A DNA stretch of 64,000 bases from Candidatus Hodarchaeota archaeon. Lineage in GTDB: Archaea; Asgardarchaeota; Heimdallarchaeia; Hodarchaeales; Hodarchaeaceae. The notes under the pieces were generated by a model. It ran no database searches and was not told the origin of the DNA. It saw only the letters and a program-made list of their open reading frames with translations. Where the stretch lies: positions 32,001-96,000 of the forward strand of contig JAHQWW010000002.1 of assembly GCA_029856365.1 (NCBI GenBank), given 5' to 3'. The translations under genes and the position numbers were made by a program. Shown here in pieces: positions 41,121 to 50,429 of the stretch (position 1 is its first letter; the number at the start of each line of letters is the position of its first letter).

Positions 41121-42611
41121 ATGAGTGTACCTAAACGGCATATTATAGGGGGATATATGATTTTCACACTTATCCTCCTTTCTATCATGATTGTTGAGAT
41201 TAATTTCACAATATCTTTCAATTCTTCAAAAATGGAAAAGGAAATCGATATTGAAGAAAAACGTGTTTTTTGGGCATATAATTATGTCAGGGGAGAATAT
41301 TTTGAAGTCCACTCAAAGTTGCTGGCAATTGGTGACTGGTGTTATATCTATATGGATGAAGAATGTATTCTAAAACTAGGAGAAGCATCGATTATGGTAA
41401 AGGTTGAAGAGATTTGCAATGAATTCGATAATGTAATCTATCCTCGCATAATTGACCTAGCTGGACATCCCAATGGCACGATGGGAGATATCGATGGTGA
41501 TCCGAAGATTTTCATCTTATTTCTGGATAATTACAATTACTATTCTGAAGTTAATGACATTGAACATAATGTTTCCAATCTTTGTGAAATGATTTACATT
41601 TGTTACAGGCTTTTTCATCATAATTGGTTATACCCAACCATGGCACATGAGTTTCATCATCTTATTTGGTTTAATAATGATTGGGGTGAACCACCATTTA
41701 CCTTGGAATCCCTAGCTCAATATGCAACATATCATGCGGGGTATTTAGGTCCATATAATAATCTCGTCCCCCAGGTTGCTTCTTTTTTACCTCATCCTGA
41801 AAATTCACCATTATATTGGACTGATGATCAAGATTATGGAAGTACATATCTTTTTGCTTTCTATATTGCTGAAAAATATGGGGTAGATATTCTCCGAGAC
41901 CTAATAACCGAACCTGATGATGGCCCTCATGGAATTGAAACAGTCCTACACGCCGCAGGTTATGATATAACATTTAATGAGCTTTTTATGAACTGGATTA
42001 CTGCTCTTACTCTAGATGAATTGGGTTTTCAGAATAATCTGTTTGGATTTGAAGGATTCGATGCCCGAATCACTAGTTATGAAGTGGTAGACAAACTTCC
42101 ACTAGCTAATAAAACCATCTCTGTCAATCATTATGCCTTTTATATTCACAAACTGGAAGCTCCACCGAATAACTTTACAGTCATCATTAATAAGATCCCA
42201 CAGGATGTGATTGGAATTTCCCTTGCTATACATGATTCTTGTGGTTGGCATGTCAAGCAAAACTTGCATTATGGAGAAGCAAGTACAATAACTGAGTCAT
42301 TTTCAGGTTCATTAATTGATGAGGCGTATGTAGTCACTAGTTACATCTCTAGAAGTACACCGATTGCCCCTGAAGAGAGAGGTTCAGGACCTTCCATTAA
42401 CATTGACATCACCATTATCGAAGGAGTACAAAAAAATGTTGATAGTTCATCATCTATCCAATCTACCGAGACAACAACTGGAGGAAGTAATTGCACCACT
42501 TCAAAGATGTCTACAACAACATCTGGCAATACTATTCCATTTTTTGATATATCATTTGTTTTTCTTAGCATCCTAGTGATTTCATTAAGAAAAAGAAGAA
42601 ATTATTTCTGA
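41121..42611 (+). CDS. Secreted zinc metallopeptidase (M30/hyicolysin-like) with Ser/Thr linker and C-terminal anchor
   Basis: GDIDGDPKIFIL, TMAHEFHHLI, DYGSTYLF; ends IPFFDISFVFLSILVISLRKRR. Confidence 0.78.
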   Translation: MSVPKRHIIGGYMIFTLILLSIMIVEINFTISFNSSKMEKEIDIEEKRVFWAYNYVRGEYFEVHSKLLAIGDWCYIYMDEECILKLGEASIMVKVEEICNEFDNVIYPRIIDLAGHPNGTMGDIDGDPKIFILFLDNYNYYSEVNDIEHNVSNLCEMIYICYRLFHHNWLYPTMAHEFHHLIWFNNDWGEPPFTLESLAQYATYHAGYLGPYNNLVPQVASFLPHPENSPLYWTDDQDYGSTYLFAFYIAEKYGVDILRDLITEPDDGPHGIETVLHAAGYDITFNELFMNWITALTLDELGFQNNLFGFEGFDARITSYEVVDKLPLANKTISVNHYAFYIHKLEAPPNNFTVIINKIPQDVIGISLAIHDSCGWHVKQNLHYGEASTITESFSGSLIDEAYVVTSYISRSTPIAPEERGSGPSINIDITIIEGVQKNVDSSSSIQSTETTTGGSNCTTSKMSTTTSGNTIPFFDISFVFLSILVISLRKRRNYF

Positions 42612-42838
42612 TGATGACCAATGGGAGAGTAACAACACCTCCAACAACAATTTCAAGTGCAACAACGTTAACTAAAATAATAACAACAACAATAACAATT
42701 GAACCAACTACTGAAACTCCTTCTTCTGTCATAACTGGTTGGAATGTTCTTCCTTTGCTTTTGACTTTGTTTATAGTGCTTGTAGTGCGACTTTGTAAGA
42801 AAAAACCATTAATATTCCGCTATTTCTCCTTTTCTTAA
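42611..42838 (+). pseudogene. Orphan Thr-rich linker + C-terminal sorting/TM tail (gene remnant or micro-protein)
   Basis: TTPPTTISSATT...TTETPSSVITGWNVLPLLLTLFIVLVVRLCKKK; no catalytic domain or signal peptide. Confidence 0.55.
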
Positions 42839-42997
42839 CTCTAATACAAACATTAATTACTTTTATATCATTTCAGGTAAGAATATTTTCGGAACAATAA
42901 GAAAAACAATTATTATCACTCATCAGTATCTATTGATATTTAAGTGGTGTTTATTAACCGTGTATCAGGTACAATGGAATCCAGGGTGCCATTTATT

Positions 42998-43561
42998 ATG
43001 TCAAAAAGAGTTTTGATTGCATATGCATCACGTTTTGGTAGTACAGAAGAGATTTCAATTAAATTTAAGCAAACTTTAGAAGAAAAAGGTTTCGTAATTG
43101 ATTTAGTAAATTTAAAAGCCAGGAAAAAAGAAAAACTTGATATGACAGATTATTCAGGAGTATTAATTGGAAGTGGTATTAGAATAGCTAGATGGACAAA
43201 AGAAGCAAAAAAATTCTTGAAAAATAATACAAAAGCTATAAACGACAATAAAATATTAGTTGGAATTTATTTAAGTTCTGGAGAGGCTGCTGATCCTTAT
43301 AAGAGACCTACAATTATTGAAAAATATTTGATAGATGTCTTTAAAGAATTAGGTTTGAACCTAGGAGAAAATGTACTATATGATGCATTTGGAGGAGTAT
43401 TTGATTTATCAAAGAATACCAATCTAAGTTGGATAAATAAGAAAATGTTGAATATGGTGGGAGATGAAGATCCAAACATTGTTCGTAATGAAAGAAGAGA
43501 TTATCGCGATTGGGATCAAATTAATAGGTTTATAGACAACTTTATTAGGAAATTAGGCTAA
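42998..43561 (+). CDS. Flavodoxin-domain protein (HemG-like)
   Basis: VLIAYASRFGSTEEI, VLIGSGI, FGG, RDYRDWDQI; ATG at 42998. Confidence 0.88.
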   Translation: MSKRVLIAYASRFGSTEEISIKFKQTLEEKGFVIDLVNLKARKKEKLDMTDYSGVLIGSGIRIARWTKEAKKFLKNNTKAINDNKILVGIYLSSGEAADPYKRPTIIEKYLIDVFKELGLNLGENVLYDAFGGVFDLSKNTNLSWINKKMLNMVGDEDPNIVRNERRDYRDWDQINRFIDNFIRKLG

Positions 43562-43562
43562 G

Positions 43563-43709
43563 ATGAAGGTTTCAAAAGTGACTGTTTCAATTTTTGGAGC
43601 TATTCTTGGAATAGCTGGATTAGAACATGGTATAGGGGAAATACTTCAAGAGAAGGAGGCCCCTGGAAGTAGTTTTATTCAATCATGGCCTAATAATCAA
43701 TTATATTAA
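43563..43709 (+). pseudogene. Truncated N-terminal fragment of a membrane protein (not in the ORF track)
   Basis: MKVSKVTVSIFGAILGIAGLEHGIGEILQEKEAPGSSFIQSWPNNQLY*. Starts 1 nt after the flavodoxin stop and ends 7 nt before the convergent LVIVD gene's stop. Confidence 0.55.
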
Positions 43710-43716
43710 ACAACAA

Positions 43717-44832
43717 TCAACCTATACTTGTTTGTTTCATTTGTTTCTTTTTCTTCATTCTTTTAATGAATTGTATTGCTATAATGCAACCTATGAGTGA
43801 AAAGCCATTAGTACCTTTGTTATTCTCTGTGATCGTCATTTGTATTATTTCTAATCCATCTAGTCCATCCGCAACAAAAGCTATGTTATCTTTTACATAT
43901 AAATTAAAAGCCACTCCGCTATTATCTGAATAAGATGCTACTTTTTTTGGTTCTGCTGGATTGGATATATCTACAATTTCAATTCCAGCATCACTACAAG
44001 GTACATATAATAAATCCTCATCTACGAAACATTTGTGAGCAACAGTGGCTCCTTTATATTTTGAGATCAAAACAGGATTAATTGTATCACTTATATTAAT
44101 TATATGTACTTCACCGGTATTTTGCTGATGATTGGTGGAAAAGACTAGATTTTGCAGGAGAACAGAATAAATTAAATCTACATTTATAGGAGAATAATCC
44201 CCTAATTTGGTAAGATTTTCTAGATCTCTTATTTCCAACCCACCATGATCATGATTAATTGTGACTAAGAAATTCGTTGAGACTTCTAAACTAGGACAAG
44301 AATAGGGGATACTAGTGATTTTAACTGGATCAGAGAGATTAGTAATATTAAGTCTGATTAAACCGTGATGAAGATCGCCAATAAAAGCAAAATCTCCAAA
44401 AAGCTTGACACTAGTAGTATACATATTTGTTATTTTGTACGACCCTATTTTAACAGGATTGGAGGGATTACTTACATTAATTATTTCCAAACCGTCTGAA
44501 CAATCAGCAACGTAAGCTATATCATCTCGAACAACAACTTCCTGAGCTAAGCCCCCATCAAAAAACCTACTCATTTTAAGAGGATTAGTTGGATCTGAAA
44601 TATCAATAATAAATAATCCTCCAAGATTGGCTGTTATATCACATACGTAAGCATAATTATCAGAAATTGTAATGGCGAATGCTCCTCCACCTGTATCTAT
44701 TTGGCTGATTTCTTCACAGGAGATACTATAATCATTTTTCGCCATTCCTGAAGTTACAAGTAAAATTATTGTTGTAATGACAATTAAAATCATTAGTGCC
44801 TTTTTCATTAATATTCCTCGAAAATATGCCAC
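43717..44832 (-). CDS. LVIVD-repeat surface protein with C-terminal sorting tail
   Basis: Repeats AYVAD..DGLEIINVSNPSNP; ends TNGFSLIGCIIAIQFIKRMKKKK. Confidence 0.85.
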   Translation of the reverse strand: MAYFRGILMKKALMILIVITTIILLVTSGMAKNDYSISCEEISQIDTGGGAFAITISDNYAYVCDITANLGGLFIIDISDPTNPLKMSRFFDGGLAQEVVVRDDIAYVADCSDGLEIINVSNPSNPVKIGSYKITNMYTTSVKLFGDFAFIGDLHHGLIRLNITNLSDPVKITSIPYSCPSLEVSTNFLVTINHDHGGLEIRDLENLTKLGDYSPINVDLIYSVLLQNLVFSTNHQQNTGEVHIINISDTINPVLISKYKGATVAHKCFVDEDLLYVPCSDAGIEIVDISNPAEPKKVASYSDNSGVAFNLYVKDNIAFVADGLDGLEIIQMTITENNKGTNGFSLIGCIIAIQFIKRMKKKKQMKQTSIG

Positions 44833-44975
44833 TAAAAATAAGGTTAAAAGAAAGGAAAATACGAGGGTATAAAAATAGGATATATTTGTGCAATAACCAA
44901 CGGTATACGTACCAAAAGGTATGAGATAAAAGAATCTAATTCTTGAATTAACACGTAAAACAGATTAGTATAATA

Positions 44976-45668
44976 CTAATTTGTACTATGTTCTCTAACT
45001 GGATTTTTGAATCTTTCTCTAATTACTATAGTGTTAGCTACGATATCTAATGGTCTTTGAAAGTCAGTTTTCTGAACAATTCCGATAATAACTTCAAATA
45101 GAAGTATAAAAGCCTCTGTTTTAGTTAAATTCCGTATAATTGCTTGAGACCAGGTTATTCGAACCCCTGATACATCACAAACAGTTAATCCTAGCAAAGC
45201 TTTACCTGGAGTTTTACTTGTTACCTTTTCAAAGAAAATAAAATAGCCCACATTCCAAACTAGTATATATGGAACTAGAAAGAAAAACAATGTTACTAAT
45301 GCGATTACTATCTGACTTCGTGATGATCCAATTGCAAAATAATTGGTAGTTAATACTGTTCTCAACCAAATAAAGACACCTGCCAAAATTCCAATCATTT
45401 GTATAAAAGTGTCAATCATGAAGGCCATGACTCGATCAGAATAACTAGATCGCTGTATGTGCCAATCCTGACCTGAACTTACGTCTTTCGCAACTTGATA
45501 GGGGTCACCAAAAGCTTGTACAGGATCTTTTTTCTCCGTGTCTTGAATGGCCTCTGTGATTTCCGCCTTTAATCTTTCCAAAACTAGTTCCTTTTTTGTA
45601 CTAGGATAAGGAAGCCAATAATCAATTTTTTGCATATAGGAATCTATGGATAAAAATTTGTCATTCAT
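44976..45668 (-). CDS. RDD-family membrane protein with N-terminal HAAS-like domain
   Basis: N-terminal helical ...AFGDPYQVAK; RVMAFMID, TPGKALLGL, AIIRNL, QRPLDIVANT. Confidence 0.85.
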   Translation of the reverse strand: MNDKFLSIDSYMQKIDYWLPYPSTKKELVLERLKAEITEAIQDTEKKDPVQAFGDPYQVAKDVSSGQDWHIQRSSYSDRVMAFMIDTFIQMIGILAGVFIWLRTVLTTNYFAIGSSRSQIVIALVTLFFFLVPYILVWNVGYFIFFEKVTSKTPGKALLGLTVCDVSGVRITWSQAIIRNLTKTEAFILLFEVIIGIVQKTDFQRPLDIVANTIVIRERFKNPVREHSTN

Positions 45669-46017
45669 CTTCTTTCATCCTCTTTATTTCATTACTAAAA
45701 TTTGCTAGCATAATGTTAAGGAATTCAGTTAATGATTCCTGTAGTTCCGTTAGAAAGGACTGACCCTCTTTTGTAAGCCCGTACATGACTTTGCGTTCTT
45801 TCTCTTCTGTTACCCTAATCAATCCTTCATCTTTCAGTTCTTTAAGTATAGGATAAATGTTAGAAGACGCCATTGTTAACATTCCTTGGGTTCGCTTCGG
45901 AATCTGTTTTGTTAACTTGTAAGGATAGCTTTCTCCTTCATCAAGAAGTATCTGGAGGATAGTTGGCTTAGCAAATCCCTTACGATAGCCAGCTTCCCAA
46001 CGATCGAGATTACTCAT
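45661..46017 (-). CDS. PadR family transcriptional regulator
   Basis: ILQIL..GESYPYKL, SNIYPILKELKDEGLI, RKVMYGLTKEG; 8-bp overlap with the RDD gene. Confidence 0.9.
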   Translation of the reverse strand: MSNLDRWEAGYRKGFAKPTILQILLDEGESYPYKLTKQIPKRTQGMLTMASSNIYPILKELKDEGLIRVTEEKERKVMYGLTKEGQSFLTELQESLTEFLNIMLANFSNEIKRMKEDE

Positions 46018-46440
46018 AGTGAATCCTCAATTATTTTAACAATCTATAAAACTATCTATAATACAATAATTTTCAATATAAATACCTTTCCTTAGGGGAA
46101 ATTAACACTTAAAAATGATCAATGAATTCAAACCTTTCTTTTAATTAAAACAATATCAATGGATACAGTAATCAACTCATTTCTGATCTATATTCAACTT
46201 GAATATCAGTAAAATAGTTTTTCTAAGTTATTCAAGTACATAAAACCTCTACAAATCTACCAAACCCTTTATTAGCCTCCCAAATTGATCAAATAATTAA
46301 ATATCTCCATTTTTTCACCTTAGTTCTGAAGAGATACTTAGCTGAGGTACAAGGAAAAGGAATCTTCTTGTAGTTTTATAAACTATTTTCCTATTCTGAA
46401 TCAGCCCTTAATGCTTTGATCTGAAAAAGACTCTGATGTT

Positions 46441-46965
46441 TTAATATGTTTTATTATTAATGACTGTTCCTATTAGCGACGCCAATTTATGAAAAGCATT
46501 CTCCACATTTTCACCAGTCAGAGCTGAAGTAATAAAGTGTTCTCCAACATTAGCGTGATGTTTTAAAAAATCCTTTATATCTTGACGTGAGACCGCCACC
46601 GATTCTCTTAAATCTACTTTATTTCCGATTAGAACTAACGGAATTTCCCCTGCTATGTTTTGGATATCCTCTATCCATGATGCTTGAAGATTGTCTAGAC
46701 TTTTAGGTAACGTTAGGTCGAATACTAAGAAGGCCCCTCTTGTACCGTTGAAAAATCTTTGTCGAAATTTACGAAACGATGTCTGGCCTGCGACATCCCA
46801 GATTTGTAACATAACTTCATAATTGTCAACAAATAATTGCTTTGTATATATTTTAACACCTATTGTTGCTTTGTAATCACCAGTAAAATATCCAGTAACA
46901 AAACGATTGATTAATGAGGTCTTGCCAACCCCTTCATCTCCCGCTAATACGATTTTATAGTTCAT
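46441..46965 (-). CDS. Rab/Ras-like small GTPase (eukaryotic signature protein)
   Basis: G1 GDEGVGKT, G2 YKATIG, G3 WDVAGQ, G4 NKVD, G5 TSAL; no C-terminal cysteine. Confidence 0.93.
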   Translation of the reverse strand: MNYKIVLAGDEGVGKTSLINRFVTGYFTGDYKATIGVKIYTKQLFVDNYEVMLQIWDVAGQTSFRKFRQRFFNGTRGAFLVFDLTLPKSLDNLQASWIEDIQNIAGEIPLVLIGNKVDLRESVAVSRQDIKDFLKHHANVGEHFITSALTGENVENAFHKLASLIGTVINNKTY

Positions 46966-47375
46966 TATGATCCCCTTACATTCATTTAACGATTCTCAGA
47001 GCGTCTAATCTTCTCATCATCATCTCACAACGGAATTTTATTTTGTTAAATTGCTTTTCCTCTGTTTACAATGCAATTACAAATATCAAAAAGAATAGTC
47101 ATTACAACGTATCCTATAAAATATGAAGAGAGGATAACCAAAATTTAGATAAAATAGGTAACAAAATATTGGAAGATTTAATTAACAGCAGCACAGATCA
47201 AAAACCTAATCAAATTAACCGAGTTCCACTAGGAATGATACTCAAATACCTCTAGTTCAGGAATTCGTTTAAAGTGATCCACCCCCCCTTGGAAGCATAA
47301 GAATAATTATGAGCATAAGGAAGAGGTCCCCCGTTCAAAATTGTGATTAGTATATGTAAATATCCATATATTTAG

Positions 47376-49001
47376 GTGTATCTCTTAGATATAAAAGTGG
47401 TAAGTGTAAATATGGTAGATTTAACAGAGTTCCATATGAAAATCCGGCATGTTAAAGAAACTATACCCCAGATAATAGATTACAAGACTCTTCACAGAGC
47501 AGGTAAGGTATCAGTTAAAAAAGCAATGGATTTTCTTAATATCTCAAAAACTGACTCCATCACATTATCGACTGACGACGAAATTTTAATCTCATCAAAA
47601 TCTGATGGAATACGACTTCCAATATTACCTAGATACAGGGTACAAATACCTGAATATGTGTTACAAAAACTTGGTATTTCTGGAAAAACAACAATCTGTT
47701 TTATTAAAAGATCTAATGCTGTTGCCATTAAAAGATTTGATATTAAGAAAATAGAATCAGAATATCCTCGCATCATTGATATTGAAACATCTTACGTTGT
47801 TACAAGACAGGTAGAAACATTTGGAGATCCAGTGAACATATATGAGAAATTAAAAACAGAAAAAGCACTCCTAAACATTAAAATCAATCCTAATGATTAT
47901 TGGAAAGAGAAATATACTTTCAATGGGTGGAAAGCAAGACAAATTTTGGATATTGAAAATGATAATGATAAAGTTCTACAATTAGAGTTAATACAACAAA
48001 GATTAAGTTCACAATCTGAAAACGGATCATGGGAAAACAAACTACCTCTTACAGCTAAAGTTTTAATCGAGTTGAATGAATTGGGATTGACTAGCGATCA
48101 TCCTCAAGTAAAAAAAGCTATTTCTTGGTTATTGGAACAACCACAATCACCGCATAATCCTGGGATGTTTCTTTTATCAAAGGATTTAGTTCAAAAACAA
48201 ATCGAAATTGTAGATCAAAGATTAAAGCAGACCAGTGGTCAACGTCCAAGATTTCGTAATAGAGTTAAGGCTGAAATAAATCAAATCAATGAAGCCGATG
48301 AGCTTTATTTTAATCCCTGTGGTTCAAGAATCATGTGGGTTAATGGGATGGTGATGGAAGCTTTATTACTTCATGGTTACGAGTCTCATAAGCGATTACA
48401 GAGCGCACTAGACACACTTGCTTTTGGAGATTGGTGTGAATGTCATTATCAACATGGTAAAAGTGCATGGAAAAGAAAACAATCACTATCACTTCCTGAA
48501 ATTGAAGATTATTATAACCAAACCTTGATTGAATTTAAACAGGGGGGAATAGCAGACATAAATTTACTAAGTTCCCTACCCTCTCAAACTTTTATGCTAC
48601 GTTTGGAAGAAAAAATACTCGAAAAGCATACAGAATATTTGTTACGAATGCCTATGCCACAACAAGGTTGTGAATACATTACAGTTAATGCCTTGTCTCA
48701 AGTGACCAATGACCGTATAAACCGGTTAGTCGAAGCACATTTATGGCGGTTTGCTGCACTACTGTATAACGCCTTACAACAACCAATTATGTCTATCGAG
48801 GGAGCTAAATATAGTTTGACGATATATTTTCAGTTAAGGGTTTTAGCAAAATATGATTCATTAGCTGCGAAACTAGGTATATTATTTGCTTTACCATGGA
48901 TCATTAACAATCAAAATAGAGATGGAACTTGGGGAACAGAGAATTATCGAGAAAGTGCTACATTAGCAATAATAGAAGCGTTGAAAAGAATAGATTTCTA
49001 G
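47376..49001 (+). CDS. Hypothetical protein: AbrB/SpoVT-like N-terminus + prenyltransferase/terpene-cyclase-like alpha/alpha barrel
   Basis: YRVQIPEYVLQKLGI (AbrB-like); QSENGSW and QNRDGTW (QW-type motifs); VKKAISWLLEQ. Start may be the ATG at 47412. Confidence 0.6.
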   Translation: MYLLDIKVVSVNMVDLTEFHMKIRHVKETIPQIIDYKTLHRAGKVSVKKAMDFLNISKTDSITLSTDDEILISSKSDGIRLPILPRYRVQIPEYVLQKLGISGKTTICFIKRSNAVAIKRFDIKKIESEYPRIIDIETSYVVTRQVETFGDPVNIYEKLKTEKALLNIKINPNDYWKEKYTFNGWKARQILDIENDNDKVLQLELIQQRLSSQSENGSWENKLPLTAKVLIELNELGLTSDHPQVKKAISWLLEQPQSPHNPGMFLLSKDLVQKQIEIVDQRLKQTSGQRPRFRNRVKAEINQINEADELYFNPCGSRIMWVNGMVMEALLLHGYESHKRLQSALDTLAFGDWCECHYQHGKSAWKRKQSLSLPEIEDYYNQTLIEFKQGGIADINLLSSLPSQTFMLRLEEKILEKHTEYLLRMPMPQQGCEYITVNALSQVTNDRINRLVEAHLWRFAALLYNALQQPIMSIEGAKYSLTIYFQLRVLAKYDSLAAKLGILFALPWIINNQNRDGTWGTENYRESATLAIIEALKRIDF

Positions 49002-49203
49002 ATCAAAAAAATAGAAGAAAATAAAGAAATTCTGTGGAAAACTCACTCTTCACGAGAGCTATAAGAAAATCCCACGTGAAAGGCAGAATAACGATGATTT
49101 AATTAATTAAATTAATATTAATTCTGATTTTAACCTATTATATGGATAATAGAGCAGATAAGAAATTTCTTTTTCAGAATTTATGATAGTCGTTCAATGT
49201 TAA

Positions 49204-49270
49204 CTAAACGGTGTTTAGAGCCTGAACATTGATAGAAAAAACTGTTCAGGTTCTGTACACTCTTGTTTAG
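49204..49270. repeat. Imperfect intergenic inverted repeat / stem-loop
   Basis: ctaaac-g-gtgtttagagcctgaaca ... tgttcaggttctgtacac-tctt-gtttag; inner arms match 15/18. Confidence 0.6.
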
Positions 49271-49340
49271 AGCATAGTTTTATAAAGAGAGAGAATCTTT
49301 TATTATTCGCAATAAAATTCGTAAAAATAAGGTAATCAAA

Positions 49341-49865
49341 ATGAATATTGTATTGAATTCATTTTTAAAATCTATAGTTGCTATTGCTGTCGTGATAGCA
49401 GCTTCTATTGGATCAACATATATAATAGATCCTTTTGCGGTCTTTATACCTCAGCATCAGTTTGAATTTCAACTATCTGATGTCACAAACGATGTAAATA
49501 TTAGTTACATAGACATTATAGAATATGGTTCTTATAAGCAGGACAAGAAAGTTGTTTTATACATTGAAGTCGCTACCCAAATTAATCTCACCACAACATA
49601 TCAGTTATTTATTGTTGCTAAAACCCCGAACAATGATGTTTCTCATATATATAATAATGAAGTGAATGGTGGTACTGAAAAGAATTATCAATCAGAAGTA
49701 GCTATCAATGGTAGTCGACTAGAAGTATCATTCTCAATGGATCGTTTTATCTCGAATTCTTATATGGTTGGTATTGAAGTTCGAGCATTAGCCTTTGCTT
49801 CTAAAGATACAACTCCTTCTGCGAGAGATAATCCCTTAAAAACGAGCTTTTTAGGATTATTTTAA
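49341..49865 (+). CDS. Hypothetical exported beta-rich protein
   Basis: N-terminal hydrophobic segment followed by a beta-strand pattern. Confidence 0.65.
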   Translation: MNIVLNSFLKSIVAIAVVIAASIGSTYIIDPFAVFIPQHQFEFQLSDVTNDVNISYIDIIEYGSYKQDKKVVLYIEVATQINLTTTYQLFIVAKTPNNDVSHIYNNEVNGGTEKNYQSEVAINGSRLEVSFSMDRFISNSYMVGIEVRALAFASKDTTPSARDNPLKTSFLGLF

Positions 49866-49891
49866 TGCATTTATTCCTACTACAGAGGTTT

Positions 49892-50368
49892 ATGGAAATG
49901 AAACAAATAGCAGAGAACGAAACGAAACTGGAGGAAATCTTTGCTAATAATCATATAACCTCCATTTTCTTATATCTTAAGACTGAAAATAAACCTTTAG
50001 GAGTCAGAGAAATTCAATGAAATCTTAATATAAGTAGTGTGGGTAGTACACATTGGCATTTACAAAAATTACTTGAAAATAATGCTATTGAACAAGTTGA
50101 AGGAAATAAATACCAGCTAACAGAAAAATATGAAAAAATTAGAAGTATCCCTTTAAGAGTTGTAATGAATCATTATTTAGTGGGAAATAAACTTGTCCCA
50201 AATGTATTTTTCTTAATGTTTTTTCTTATTAATGTCATTATTCTAGCTGTACTTATCATGATCCTTAATTTGTGGATTTTAGGGTTTTTCACGGTTTTCT
50301 CCAGCACTATAGTTAGTTTGATTGTAGTTTATCGCTTCTATCAACATATTTCAAAAGGTAATTTATGA
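49892..50368 (+). pseudogene. Membrane-anchored winged-helix regulator interrupted by an in-frame TGA at 50018-50020
   Basis: MEMKQ...IFLYLKTENKPLGVREIQ*NLNISSVGSTHWHLQKLLE... read in one frame; 2 C-terminal TM helices. Confidence 0.8.
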
Positions 50369-50429
50369 ACAGTACCTTTCTAGCATAACTACTAGTTTCA
50401 TGATTGACATAACTGGTACTAAAGTAAAT

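Noticed and set aside
50018-50020. In-frame TGA codons (here, and at 40705 and 63451) as selenocysteine or genetic-code reassignment
   Set aside because: The expected residue at 50018 is Arg, not Cys. TGA is used as a normal stop by many intact genes in the window, and I saw no SECIS-like element.
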